From an uncultured Planctomycetota bacterium (GTDB lineage Bacteria; Planctomycetota; Planctomycetia; Isosphaerales; Isosphaeraceae): a stretch of 64,000 nucleotides of DNA. How positions within the stretch are numbered: position 1 is the first letter of the stretch; the number at the start of each line of letters is the position of its first letter. The notes under the pieces were generated by a model. It saw only the letters and a list, made by a program, of their open reading frames with translations. It did not search any database and was not told where the DNA came from. Of the stretch, positions 10,204 through 20,633 are shown in pieces. The stretch spans positions 768,001-832,000 of the forward strand of contig CAWGMQ010000010.1 in assembly GCA_963823665.1 (NCBI GenBank), in the 5' to 3' direction. A program made the position numbers and the translations under genes.

Positions 10204-10354
10204 AGGTGAGCGTTAGCATTCGAACCACGAGTTCAATGTCACAACCGCGCGAGAAACGGACATCTTCCTTGAAGTGAATGTTGATCGTTTGGCCTTGGCA
10301 CCCCGGTGCAAGGACGGAGCACTCGAAAGACGTCGACGCAGGAGCCTCATCAAA

Positions 10355-13300
10355 ATGAGTGAGCAACCGAGCGAGAACCTCGGCGGGCTCGACGTCGAGC
10401 TGGCCCGCCGGGTCGACGCCGTCTGTCGCCGGTTCGAGGCCGAATGGCGGGCTGGGCGGCGAGCGCGTGTCGACGACTATCTTGGTGACGTTCCCGCGGA
10501 GGGCCGCGCCTCGCTGCGGGCCGAACTCGAGGCCCTGGATCGCGAACTGTGCCAGGTGGGTGAATCGGTGGCGCGTGTGCCAGAGGCTCCACAGGCGACT
10601 CCTCCTGAGCTCCAGGTGACTGCGCCCGCCGCAGCGGCCGACTTGCCGACGATCGCGCCGCCGCTGCCGAGTGGGGCGATCCCACGCGCCGCGGCGTCTT
10701 CGGTGCATGAGGAGGCCACCCTGGTTCCACGGCGTGACGCGACCATCGGGCTGGCACAATTCGAGGCGGCGAGGGCCGGGCGGCGCCCAACTACGGCCGT
10801 CCGCTACTTCGGCGACTACGAGATCATCCGCGAGCTCGCCCGCGGCGGCATGGGGGTCGTCTATCACGCCCGCCAAAAGAGCCTCAATCGCCCGGTTGCC
10901 TTGAAGATGATTCTCGCAGGCCAGCTCGCCGACGAGACAGAGGTCCGGCGGTTCTACATGGAGGCCGAGGCGGCGGCGAGCCTCAATCATCCAGGGATCG
11001 TGCCGATCTACGAAGTCGGCGCGCACGAGGGTCAGCATTATTTCTCGATGGGATTTGTCGAGGGGCAGAGCCTGGGGCAAAAGGTGGCCGCCGGTCCTCT
11101 GCCGCCGCGCGAAGCCGCTCTATTGATGCGGCAGGTTGCCGCGGCCGTGCAGTACGCGCACGAGCAAGGAGTGATCCACCGCGATTTGAAGCCGGCCAAT
11201 GTCTTGCTCGACTCGAAGGGTCAGCCCAAGGTCACCGACTTTGGGCTGGCCAAGAAGCTGGCGGGCGACAGCGGGCTCACCGCCAGCGGCCAGATCATGG
11301 GCACACCCAGCTACATGCCACCCGAGCAAGCCGCCGGCCTGCACGAAAAGGTGGGACCGCTCGCCGACGTGTATGCGCTCGGGGCCATGCTCTATTGTCT
11401 GCTGACCGGCCGGCCCCCCTTTCAGTCGGCCGGCGCGATGGACACGCTTTTGCAGGTGCTCAATCAAGAGCCGGTGCCACCCCGGCTGCTCAATGCAGGT
11501 ATACCGCGCGACCTCGAGACGATCTGCCTGAAAGCCCTGGAGAAGGAAGCTGCCAGGCGGTACGCCTCGGCGTCGGCGCTGGAAGAAGACGTGCGGTGCT
11601 ATCTGGCAGGCGAGCCGATTGCGGCGCGACCGGTCGGCGGCGCAGAGCGCGCCTGGCGATGGTGCCGCCGGAACCCCTGGCTGGCCAGCGCGATCGGCGC
11701 CGCGGCTTCCCTGCTGCTCGCCGTCACTCTGGTTTCGCTGAGTTACGCACAGGACCAGTCCCGACACGCCCGCCAGATCTCCGGCTTGAACACAGATCTG
11801 AAGAAGGAAACTCTCGTCGCCAACGCCGCCGCCCGGCGCGCGAGCGACGCACTGGCCCAGGTCAGCCTGAAACTGGCCGTGATCGATTTCGAGCGCGCTT
11901 CGACTGCATTCCAGCACGACGACACCACCGCCGGGTTGCTCTGGCTGGCCGAGAGCTACCGCGCAGCGGCCGTGGCCAACGATCCCGACTGGCGACGTCT
12001 TACCCGGATGAACCTCGCGTCTTGGAGCCACGGTCATCCCAGCCTCCAAGCCGTGTTCAACGGCCGGAGCATCGACAGTGTCGACGGAAAAACAGTGGTG
12101 CTAGAGCGGAGCGACTCGGGGATGCGGCTGCGCAACGCCCGCACCGGTCAGCTCATTAGCGGCTCGCTCGACGAGAACGATGCCGCCTGGCCCGCGGCCT
12201 CGAGCGCCGACGGCAGCGTCATCCTGTTGGTTGGTCGCGACAACGCGATGCGTCTGTGGGATGTCGCCGCCGCCAAATTCATCGGCCGGCCGATGGCGCA
12301 TCAGCAGCCGATCGCACGCGCGGTGTTCAGCCGCGACGGCAAGGTCATCCTTTCCGGAAGCTGGGACAAGACGGCACGGATGTGGGAGGCGGCCACGGGG
12401 CGGTCGATCGGCGAATCGATGGCGCATCCGGACCAAGTCAGGGCCGTGGCCCTCAGTCCTGACGGCGCGACTGTGCTCACTGGTTGCCAGACCCCCGTGC
12501 GCGGCCGTGGCGCGGGGAACGGGGGCGGCCCCGAGCAGGAATGCACGGTGCGGCTCTGGAGTGCCCAGAGCGGAAAGCCGATCGGCCGGCCGATGCAGCA
12601 TGGAAGAATCGTCACTTGCGTCGCATTCAGTCCCGATGGCAAGTTCGCCTTGACGGGCAGCGCGGACGGCGCGGCACGCCTCTGGGACAGTGCAACCGCC
12701 GGGCCGGTCGGCCAACCCTTGCCCCAAAACGGCTTCGTCGGATCCGTCGCCTTCAGCCCCGACGGAAAACGGATCCTGACCGGCGGTCTCGACAATACCG
12801 CCAAGCTCTGGGATGCCGCCACCTGCAAGCCCATCGGCGGGCCCATGCCGCATTCTGGGGGTGTCTTGACCGTGGCGTTCAGCCCCGACGGCAAGCTTAT
12901 CTTGACCGGAAGCAGCGACCAGACGGCTCGGCTCTGGGACGCCGCGACCGCCCGGCTCATCGCGACGCTGGCCAATCCGGCTGGTGTCGGTCGCGTTTCC
13001 TTCAGCCCCGATGGCCATGCACTATTAACCGAGTCCACCGACAGCCGAGTCTGGAACATCGCGCGGACTGAGCCTGAAATCCCTCCGTTCCCCCAGGGTC
13101 TTGATCATTTCCGCCGACCGATTTGTCAGGCGTACAGCCCCAACGGCAAGACCATTCTGGCTGCTCAGGGCAACTCGGCGGTGCTCTGGGACGTGGCGAC
13201 TGGGGGCGCGCTCGTCCCGCCGAAGTCACATCAAGGCCAGGTGAACGCGGTTGCGTTCAGCCCCGACGGCCAGACTCTCCTCACCGGCGGCTCGGATGCG

Positions 13301-14461
13301 ACCGCGCGGCTTTGGAATGCCGGCACGGGCAAGCTAATCGGGGCGCCACTCGTCCATCCGGGGGTCGTCACGGACGTGGCTTTTGGGCCCGACGGCCAGA
13401 CGCTGCTGACCCTGTGCCTCGTCAAGCCGGAGGTCAGGGAGTCGCGAATGATTACCGCGTCGGTACGGCTATGGGACGCCCACTCGGGCCAACCCATCGG
13501 CTCTGCCCTCGACCGGGAACAGGGATTTCCGGCCTCGCCCACGCCGAACATCCTCCGTGTCGATGGTCGTCTACCTTCCAGTGCGCTGGTCTACAGTCCC
13601 GACGGCAAGACCTTCTTGATCCATGACCAGGCCAATGCCGTCCGGCTCAGGGACGCCCACACCGGCACGTTGATCGGCCAGCCGCTCGAGCACAGGTCGT
13701 TCATCATGGCGGTCGCTTTTTCACCGGATGGCCGGACGGTGCTGACCGGCAGTCTCGATCAGACCGCCCGGCTATGGGACGCCGCCACCGGTAAACCCAT
13801 CGGCGAGCCCATCCCATCGGGCGTGACGATGGCGGTGGCCTTCTCGCCAGAGGGCACACGCGTGCTGACTCTGGGACGTCACGGCCCGGCCCGATTGTGG
13901 GATGCCGCCACCGGAAAACCGATCGGCAAGCCGCTCGAACACAAAGCCGCAGTCCTGGATGCGGCATTCAGCCCGGATGGCAAGATCGTGCTCACCGGCA
14001 GCGCCGATCGGACCGCGCGGTTGTGGAACGCCGCCACGACCGAACCTCTGAGCCCGCCCCTGGCACATCCGGACCGAGTGACGGCCGTGGCGATGAGCCC
14101 GGACGGATCCCTCGCGCTGACCGTCAGCGCTGATGCAGTCGCTCGATTGTGGGAGGTTCGCACGATCATGCCGCTGGGACGTCCATTCCGGCATCAGGCT
14201 GCAATCGTCCATGTCGCATTCAGCCCAGACAGCAAATCCATCCTGATTCACGACGATCAGAACAGGTCCTCTCGGCTGTGGCGGCTCACGCCTGACTTGC
14301 CGGACGATCCGCCGCGCATCACCGGCTGGGTCGAGACCTTAACCGGCGCGGAGCTGGACAAGCAGGGCTCGGTGCAATCGCTGGGCGCGGCTGCGTTCAA
14401 AGAGCGGAGCGAAAGTCTGAACAGTCTGGGCGGACCACTCGGGTTGGAGACCAGACAATGA
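10355..14461 (+). CDS. Hanks-type Ser/Thr protein kinase with TM helix and C-terminal WD40 beta-propellers
   Basis: [60 protein letters not shown], more than 12 repeats of [21 protein letters not shown] 10355 with GGAG upstream. Confidence 0.96.
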   Translation: MSEQPSENLGGLDVELARRVDAVCRRFEAEWRAGRRARVDDYLGDVPAEGRASLRAELEALDRELCQVGESVARVPEAPQATPPELQVTAPAAAADLPTIAPPLPSGAIPRAAASSVHEEATLVPRRDATIGLAQFEAARAGRRPTTAVRYFGDYEIIRELARGGMGVVYHARQKSLNRPVALKMILAGQLADETEVRRFYMEAEAAASLNHPGIVPIYEVGAHEGQHYFSMGFVEGQSLGQKVAAGPLPPREAALLMRQVAAAVQYAHEQGVIHRDLKPANVLLDSKGQPKVTDFGLAKKLAGDSGLTASGQIMGTPSYMPPEQAAGLHEKVGPLADVYALGAMLYCLLTGRPPFQSAGAMDTLLQVLNQEPVPPRLLNAGIPRDLETICLKALEKEAARRYASASALEEDVRCYLAGEPIAARPVGGAERAWRWCRRNPWLASAIGAAASLLLAVTLVSLSYAQDQSRHARQISGLNTDLKKETLVANAAARRASDALAQVSLKLAVIDFERASTAFQHDDTTAGLLWLAESYRAAAVANDPDWRRLTRMNLASWSHGHPSLQAVFNGRSIDSVDGKTVVLERSDSGMRLRNARTGQLISGSLDENDAAWPAASSADGSVILLVGRDNAMRLWDVAAAKFIGRPMAHQQPIARAVFSRDGKVILSGSWDKTARMWEAATGRSIGESMAHPDQVRAVALSPDGATVLTGCQTPVRGRGAGNGGGPEQECTVRLWSAQSGKPIGRPMQHGRIVTCVAFSPDGKFALTGSADGAARLWDSATAGPVGQPLPQNGFVGSVAFSPDGKRILTGGLDNTAKLWDAATCKPIGGPMPHSGGVLTVAFSPDGKLILTGSSDQTARLWDAATARLIATLANPAGVGRVSFSPDGHALLTESTDSRVWNIARTEPEIPPFPQGLDHFRRPICQAYSPNGKTILAAQGNSAVLWDVATGGALVPPKSHQGQVNAVAFSPDGQTLLTGGSDATARLWNAGTGKLIGAPLVHPGVVTDVAFGPDGQTLLTLCLVKPEVRESRMITASVRLWDAHSGQPIGSALDREQGFPASPTPNILRVDGRLPSSALVYSPDGKTFLIHDQANAVRLRDAHTGTLIGQPLEHRSFIMAVAFSPDGRTVLTGSLDQTARLWDAATGKPIGEPIPSGVTMAVAFSPEGTRVLTLGRHGPARLWDAATGKPIGKPLEHKAAVLDAAFSPDGKIVLTGSADRTARLWNAATTEPLSPPLAHPDRVTAVAMSPDGSLALTVSADAVARLWEVRTIMPLGRPFRHQAAIVHVAFSPDSKSILIHDDQNRSSRLWRLTPDLPDDPPRITGWVETLTGAELDKQGSVQSLGAAAFKERSESLNSLGGPLGLETRQ

Positions 14462-14619
14462 GGCTTGGGGACCCCGACGGCCGCAAGTTGATTCGGCGCC
14501 TCGAGTGGAGTGACTCCTCGCCGACCCGCGGCTCGTTCAGCCCCGACGGCCGCCGCGCCGCCTGGTGCAGCTCCGGGGGCGAGGTGCGGGTCTATCAGCT
14601 CCCGGCTCGCGGGAAATGA
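14458..14619 (+). pseudogene. Orphan 3' end of a different WD40 gene
   Basis: [53 protein letters not shown], a single terminal WD40 blade overlapping the kinase stop (ATGA). Confidence 0.65.
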
Positions 14620-14641
14620 CGATCGAAAAGCCGCGACCTGC

Positions 14642-14752
14642 TCAGCGCACCGGCTCGGCGACCGGCGGTGCTTCGCTCGATCCCGCGGCCTGGCGGGCTT
14701 GCCGGCCATGAAGTGGTTGCAGCCGCTGTTGCCCGAAACTCGCAGGCGAAGC
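14642..14752 (-). pseudogene. 3' relic of a paralog of the 74-aa Cys protein (9380-9604)
   Basis: LRLRVSGNSGCNHFMAGKPA(-1 nt)AAGSSEAPPVAEPVR* matches FRLRISGNGGCNRFMAGKPARAAGSSAAPPVAEAVR*. Confidence 0.88.
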
Positions 14753-16869
14753 GCGGCCTTGATTCGCGGCGAGTGGCTCTTCGATCAAGCGTTTGCGGGT
14801 GGCCACGTCCCACAGCACGACTCCGCCGGCGCCAGGGAACTTGTAGCCGGCTGCGAGCTTCTTCCCGTCCGGGCTGAACGCCAGGGCGACAACGTTGCCC
14901 TCGTTCATGGCGAGCGGCTCTTCGCCAAGGCGGCTGCGAGTGGCCGCGTCCCAGAGCACCACTCCGCGGCGGCCGTCGCCGGCGACGCTCCGGACGCCAA
15001 AACCGGCCGCGATGACCTTGCCGTCCGGGCTAACTGCCATGCTTTCCACGTAACCCTCGTCCACCGTGAGCGGCTCGTCATTCCGGCGTTTTCGTGCCGC
15101 CACGTCCCAGAACACGACTCCTCCGCCGTTGCCGCTACGCAACGGCGAGCCGTAGCCGGCCACGATGGTCTTGCCGTCCGGGCTGAAAGCGACGCCCACA
15201 ACATGTCCCTCGTTCACGGTGAGGTCCGCGCCGCCCAGGCGATTGCGAGCGCGCGCATCCCACAGCAGCACTCCGGCATCATGATCGCTGACGGGGCCGG
15301 CAGGTCCATGGTAACCGGCCGCGACGATCTGCCCGTCCGGGCTGAACGCCACGCTGGTGATCACGCCCTCGTTCACGAAGAGCGGCTCGTCGCCCAGAAG
15401 CTGATGTGTCGTCGTGTCCCAGAGCCCCACTCCGCCGCCGGTCACGGCATTCACGCGGAACCCGGCGGCGATTGTCTTACGGTCCGGGCTGAAGGCCAGG
15501 CTCATCACGTAGCCGTTATTCACGGCGAAGGATCCGCCGGCAGCGCGTTCGCCGGTGGCCGAGTGCCATAACACGGCCCCGCCGGCGTTGTTCAATTTGG
15601 CCCGGTATCCCGCCGCGATGATCTTGCCGTCCGGACTGAAGGCCACGCTGTTAACCCAGCCCTCGTCGACCGACAAACCCAGGCTGAGGCGCCGTTTGCC
15701 TGTAGCCACGTCCCATACGGCCACACCGGGGTCGACTGCTCCTCCGCCGTGGTATCCTGCGGCGACCGTCTTGCCGTCCGGGCTGAAGACCACGCTCGTA
15801 ATGTTCTCGATCCGGTCGGCATTTGCGTTCGGACCGACTTGGAGGTTGTCGGCGTTGCTGGGCACGAACATCGCCGCGGGCCGTTGGTCCGGCCGGGCCG
15901 TGCGCGCCGCCTTCGTCGTGGGGGCGGGCTGCATCGGCGCCATTCCGCCGCGACTCGGTCCGGGGTAAGGGTTCAAGTTTCTGTTCGTCAATCGATCGAA
16001 GTCGAACGGCGCGCCAAGCAACGGTCCGTAAATGGCCCTCTGTTTCTCGGTCAAGATTTTCTTGATCTCCGCCGCCGGCATCTCCCGGATCCGGTCCGCC
16101 TCGGCGTTCAGCTTTTCGACCTGCGATCGGAACTCGCGATCCTCGACCCTGGCCTTGAGCGCCTGGTAATCGATGCGTCCGCTGGGCTCGATCGCCCAGA
16201 GTGACGCGAACAATCTCGTGCGGGCTGCGTTGTGGTCACTCTTGGCCTGCCACACGTGATATGCAGCCGCCTGTGCATCCGTAAACTGGGCGTTATCCAG
16301 GTTCAGCTTCCCGGCGACCTCGGGGTGGGTGAGCGCGGATACTCCATCGATCTGAAGGTCGATCTGCCGCAGCCGCTCGGTCTGCTTCTCGTCGAGAACG
16401 CTCAACACAATGGCGTCGAATTCCGCAAGTTGTTCGCGCATCTCCCCGGGCCCGCGTGCGCCGGCCATCGCGTTCATGCGGGCGAAGTCGCCCTTCTTGA
16501 GTGGGGCTCCGGGTGCCGGCCGGTTCTTTTCCTGCCGTTTGCGGCGGTTCGCGTGCATCTCGATGATGGTCGGGTCTTGCCCCGTGCGAATTTTCTCGAG
16601 CCTGTTCTTCTGAGCGTCGCTGAGTTTCAGCTCGTCCTGAACGGCCGGGTCAGAGAGCAGCCCGGTGACTCCGCCATTGTTTCTGCCCGCACCGCCGGTC
16701 ATGCCGGGAAGCATGCCCATGGGCGCCATCGGGGCGCCTCCGCGCCGCCCGTCCGCATGCCCTGCTTCTTGCTAACGCCAGGCCCAGTTTGGGCCGATGC
16801 TTCCGGCGGAAGCGCGAATAGAACGACCAACGCGGCATTCGCCAGCGTTGCCACGCGAACTCGATGCAT
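14642..16869 (-). CDS. Exported protein with helical (LTXXQ/Spy-like) N-terminal domain and WD40 repeats; frameshift near 16735; 3'-truncated
   Basis: AAGGAG RBS + signal MHRVRVATLANAALVVLFALPPEASAQ; VQDELKLSDAQK, LDEKQTERLRQI, ILTEKQRA; about 7 repeats ([14 protein letters not shown]...GGVVLWD). The last repeat breaks at EEPLAANQG and runs into a Cys-protein relic. Confidence 0.85.
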
Positions 16870-16977
16870 CGCTGCTTCTCCTTGCGGTCGACTCGCACGA
16901 CGGGGTGCGCCGAAACACGCTCTCGTTGAGCGCGACGCGCATTCCGAAAGTGAAACCGGCATCTTGACCATCATTTC

Positions 16978-17136
16978 TTAGCTTCGAAGACCGAACACGC
17001 GCTCGGCATTGGTTTGGAAAACTTCCTCGCGATATTCTTTCGGAATGATGGCCTCGACTAGCCGGCGGTAGGAAGCCATCGGAGCCAGCGGCCAATCACT
17101 ACCATAATTGTACAGTACAACGAGGCAGGGGTGGTC
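16978..17136 (-). pseudogene. Amidohydrolase_2 gene relic, copy B (putative promoter joined directly to the 3' end)
   Basis: YGSDWPLAPMASYRRLVEAIIPKEYREEVFQTNAERVFGLRS*; 17107-17136 matches 10058-10087 (24/30 nt) and contains TACAAT on the minus strand. Confidence 0.8.
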
Positions 17137-17272
17137 CATCGCATTTTCTTGGGAGGGGTGATCGCTCACGGATCGCGTGGTAGACTGTTGTCGACCGCCA
17201 GCGGTGTCTTCTGGTGGTGCCAGCGCGTTGCCCCGCGTGCCCAATCCAATCGCCTTGGCTCACGGACTTGTC

Positions 17273-18808
17273 ATGCTCGCAAAGCTCGCGTCGTACACAT
17301 TGGTCGGCATCGATGCCACGCCTGTTGAGGTGGAGGTCGATGTGTCCTTCTCATCGATGCCCAAGACGGTGCTGGTGGGTCTGGCGGAGACCGCCGTCAA
17401 GGAGAGTACACACCGGGTCGAGCGTGCCATCGTGAATTCCGGATACCGCCGCGCGATCGATCGGGTGGTGATTAATCTAGCACCGGCTGATCTGAAGAAA
17501 GACGCTGGGGGGTTTGACCTGCCGATTGCGCTGGGGCTGCTCTCGGGCAGCGGGCAAGTGTCGTTTGACCGGCCCGGGTCGTTCGCGGTGGTGGGGGAGC
17601 TGGCGCTCACGGGCGAGACCCGCCCGGTCAAGGGTGTGCTGGCGATGGCCTTGCAGGCTTCCAATGAAAAGCGAACGGGGATACTGGTTCCATCGGCCAA
17701 TGCGCAGGAGGCGGCGGTGGTCGAAGGTCTGAATGTCTACGCGATCGGCAGCCTGGCCGAGGCGGTGGGGTTTCTGTCGGGGCAGGTCGACATCGAGCCG
17801 GAGTCGGTCGATCTCGATGAAGTCTTTCGCGAGAACTCGCACATGGAGGACGACTTCGTCGACGTGAAGGGACAGGATTACGCCAAGCGTGCGCTCTTGA
17901 TCGCCGCGGCCGGAGGCCACAATGTGCTGATGATCGGGCCGCCGGGAACGGGCAAGACGCTTCTGGCCAAGCGGCTGCCGACAATCCTGCCGCCGCTGAC
18001 ACCTGCTGAGAGCCTGGAAACGACGCGGATCTATAGCGCGATGGGGCTTCTGAAGCCGGGCCAGGCGCTGATGGCGGTGCGTCCGTTCCGACCGCCGCAT
18101 CACTCGGTCAGCGACGCGGGCTTGGTCGGCGGCGGCACGACGCCGCAGCCCGGAGAGATCAGCATGGCGCACAAGGGCGTGCTCTTCCTGGACGAGATGC
18201 CCGAGTTCAACCGCAAGACCCTGGAAGTGCTACGGCAGCCGCTCGAAGAGGGTGAAGTGACGATCAGCCGGGCGCTGCGGAGCACGACGTTTCCGGCCGA
18301 GTTCATCCTGGTAGCGGCGATGAACCCGTGCCCGTGCGGTTATCGGTCGGACCCGCGACGTGCGTGTAGCTGCACGCCGCCGCAGGTGGAGAAGTACCTG
18401 AGCAAGATTTCCGGCCCGCTGCTGGACCGCATCGACCTGCACGTGGAGGTGCCGGCGGTGCCGTTCACGCAACTCGCGGAGATGCCGCCGGGGCCGACGT
18501 CGGCCGACCTGCGCGCGCAGGTGCTCGAGGCGCGGGCGCGGCAGTCGAAGCGTTTCGGGCCGCGGGGGCCGCAGGTGAATGGGCGAATGACGGCGCGGCA
18601 GGTTCGGAAGTTTTGCCCGCTCAAGCCGGAGTCGATGTCGCTCTTGAAGGCGGCGATGGAGGATCTCGGGTTATCTGCGCGGGCGCACGACAAAGTGCTG
18701 CGCGTGGCGCGGACGATTGCCGATCTCGACGGGCACGAGGACATCAAGCCGCAGAATATTGCGGAGGCGGTGGGGTATCGGTCGCTGGATCGGAGCGTGT
18801 GGGCTTAG
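17273..18808 (+). CDS. comM: ComM/YifB Mg-chelatase-like AAA+ ATPase (competence-related helicase)
   Basis: [121 protein letters not shown]. Confidence 0.97.
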   Translation: MLAKLASYTLVGIDATPVEVEVDVSFSSMPKTVLVGLAETAVKESTHRVERAIVNSGYRRAIDRVVINLAPADLKKDAGGFDLPIALGLLSGSGQVSFDRPGSFAVVGELALTGETRPVKGVLAMALQASNEKRTGILVPSANAQEAAVVEGLNVYAIGSLAEAVGFLSGQVDIEPESVDLDEVFRENSHMEDDFVDVKGQDYAKRALLIAAAGGHNVLMIGPPGTGKTLLAKRLPTILPPLTPAESLETTRIYSAMGLLKPGQALMAVRPFRPPHHSVSDAGLVGGGTTPQPGEISMAHKGVLFLDEMPEFNRKTLEVLRQPLEEGEVTISRALRSTTFPAEFILVAAMNPCPCGYRSDPRRACSCTPPQVEKYLSKISGPLLDRIDLHVEVPAVPFTQLAEMPPGPTSADLRAQVLEARARQSKRFGPRGPQVNGRMTARQVRKFCPLKPESMSLLKAAMEDLGLSARAHDKVLRVARTIADLDGHEDIKPQNIAEAVGYRSLDRSVWA

Positions 18809-18827
18809 TTAGACGGAGGGGAGACGC

Positions 18828-19226
18828 ATGGCCTCGGATCTTCCGGCATTCTTCATGGGGATCGCGTTTCTGGTGGTGGCTTTTTGGGCTCCGTTTGCAA
18901 TCTTACGCAAGGCAGGCTACTCACCATGGCTCGGCTTGCTGATCGCGCCGACGACGTTTGTGGGGATGATTGTCTTCGCATTTCTCGAATGGCCCATTGA
19001 GCGAGAACTCGCGTGGCTCCGCTTCAAGCAAGGAAACCCAAGCGACGACCTGGTTGGGCGTGTCGAAGGTTATGCGGTCCATCCTGAAAACAGAGGCGAG
19101 TGGCAGTCGGCTGAGGAGGTTTATGAGGAGTTGATAAAGAGAGCCACGACCGAAGAGAGTCGCACTTATTACCGGAATTGCTTGGGACGGCTCACGGATC
19201 AGAGTCGCGATTCCGTGGAGGCCTGA
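18828..19226 (+). CDS. Small membrane protein with C-terminal TPR-like helix pair
   Basis: GGAGGGGAG RBS; two hydrophobic segments (ILRKAGYSPWLGLLI...FAFLEWP) followed by a charged helical tail. Confidence 0.7.
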   Translation: MASDLPAFFMGIAFLVVAFWAPFAILRKAGYSPWLGLLIAPTTFVGMIVFAFLEWPIERELAWLRFKQGNPSDDLVGRVEGYAVHPENRGEWQSAEEVYEELIKRATTEESRTYYRNCLGRLTDQSRDSVEA

Positions 19227-19472
19227 CCCGTTATCGCTCACCATGTCAGGTTCAGGCTGACGAGGGATGGCGATTGTTGTTTCTGGGCAACGTGTGGCGA
19301 ATCGAGATTTTCTTGGGTGGTAATCTGTAGCACCGTATGGCGCGATCGGATAACATCTGTGCTCTTGGCTTCACCGGCCATCCGAAGCAGCCAGCGTGGA
19401 CGCGCAGCCAGATAGGGATCGCTGTTCTTCAGAGCCTAATAGGTTTCCTCTACTGACGCCGGAGTGATTTTC

Positions 19473-20198
19473 ATGCGACGAAGCTTACTCGTGATCGGAT
19501 TCTTGGTGATCGTTCTGGCGGGTTTCGCCGCGCCGGCGCGGGCCGACCTCGTTATTTACCTTCAGGATACAACCGTGCCGAACGCGGGTTACGGGGTGAT
19601 GAACATCTGGCTCGGCAGCACCAGCCCCTCCACCGACGCGTTCAACGACTACTCCGTCCAGCTTCAGATCACCGGGCCGAATTTCCTCGAGTTTGCCCCT
19701 AATAATATCAACGGGCCTTTCCAGCCGACTCCGGGATACCAAAATTACAATTACCTTCTTGCCGCCAAATACATTTTCAGCGGGGACAGCCTGTTTGGGA
19801 TCACGGATACCAATGCCGGTGGACCCGTCGGGGGGACGAACAACCAACAGTTCATCATCACCGATTCATCGCTTTCCGGCAGCTCGTATGTTCCTCCGGG
19901 CAATACGACGAGCACGTTCACTCTGCTTGCGAGCTTGGTGCTGTACGCCTTCGATACGAATCCTACTGATTCTTACACGGTGAGCGTCGTTGCCGGGTCC
20001 AACACGTATTTCAATACAAATTTCGACCCGACGACGAACGTGAGCAACAGTGTTGGCTCCGCCGACGGCTATAACGGAATGGCGAACATCGGGCCTGCGG
20101 CGGTTCCTGAGCCGGCGTCGATCGTCTTAGCGCTCACCGGGCTCGTGCTCGTCACGAGTGTCGCCGGGTATGCTCGTATCCGTCGCACGCGATCGTGA
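19473..20198 (+). CDS. PEP-CTERM sorting-domain surface protein
   Basis: Signal MRRSLLVIGFLVIVLAGFAAPARA; Ser/Thr/Asn-rich body; C-terminal AVPEPASIVLALTGLVLV...RIRRTRS. Confidence 0.92.
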   Translation: MRRSLLVIGFLVIVLAGFAAPARADLVIYLQDTTVPNAGYGVMNIWLGSTSPSTDAFNDYSVQLQITGPNFLEFAPNNINGPFQPTPGYQNYNYLLAAKYIFSGDSLFGITDTNAGGPVGGTNNQQFIITDSSLSGSSYVPPGNTTSTFTLLASLVLYAFDTNPTDSYTVSVVAGSNTYFNTNFDPTTNVSNSVGSADGYNGMANIGPAAVPEPASIVLALTGLVLVTSVAGYARIRRTRS

Positions 20199-20387
20199 CC
20201 TGGCGGCGACAGCCGTCGCTCGAATGCCACGTCGAGGGCGTCGAGCGCTGACCACGACGTCAGGGCCAAGGGCTTCTGTGCTCAACAACCGCCCAACGGC
20301 GGGCATACATGGCCGCCATCGCGGCAACCGTGCCGGCTGATTGAACAGCACACGGCACTGCAAATGACGTCGGCGCTGAGTACCAAC

Positions 20388-20447
20388 CCGCAGAACGTAG
20401 CGGAGGTGGTGGGGGATCGGTCGCTGGATCGGAGCGTGTGGGCGTAG
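20388..20447 (+). repeat. Direct repeat of the last 60 nt of comM (18749-18808)
   Basis: PQNVAEVVGDRSLDRSVWA* matches PQNIAEAVGYRSLDRSVWA*; 54/60 nt identical; GACGGAG follows both stops at the same spacing. Confidence 0.92.
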
Positions 20448-20633
20448 AATGACGGAGTGCCGGATCAGTGACGTGTAAGCTTGCCCTGGGATTCTTGGGT
20501 GGTTGAATCAATTGACTGCCGACCCGGACGCACGGTGGTTTTCGCGTGCACGATACCCCACTCGACCAGCCGATTGGCTCGCCAGATGGCGAACTGACCG
20601 GGCCGCACGGCCCCGAGGCCACGGCCCTGGTCG

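Noticed and set aside
12200..15800. Regularly spaced TTCAGCCCCGACGGC-like repeats as a CRISPR array
   Set aside because: They are FSPDG codons of WD40 repeats inside long ORFs; there are no unique-spacer/identical-repeat units and no cas genes.
16978..17244. 88-aa ORF as a real small protein
   Set aside because: Only the last ~42 codons are amidohydrolase-derived; the upstream part matches non-coding promoter-like DNA at 10058-10087.
10096..20447. comM repeats as a diversity-generating retroelement TR/VR pair
   Set aside because: Mismatches involve T, C and G as well as A, several are synonymous, and no reverse transcriptase is present in the window.
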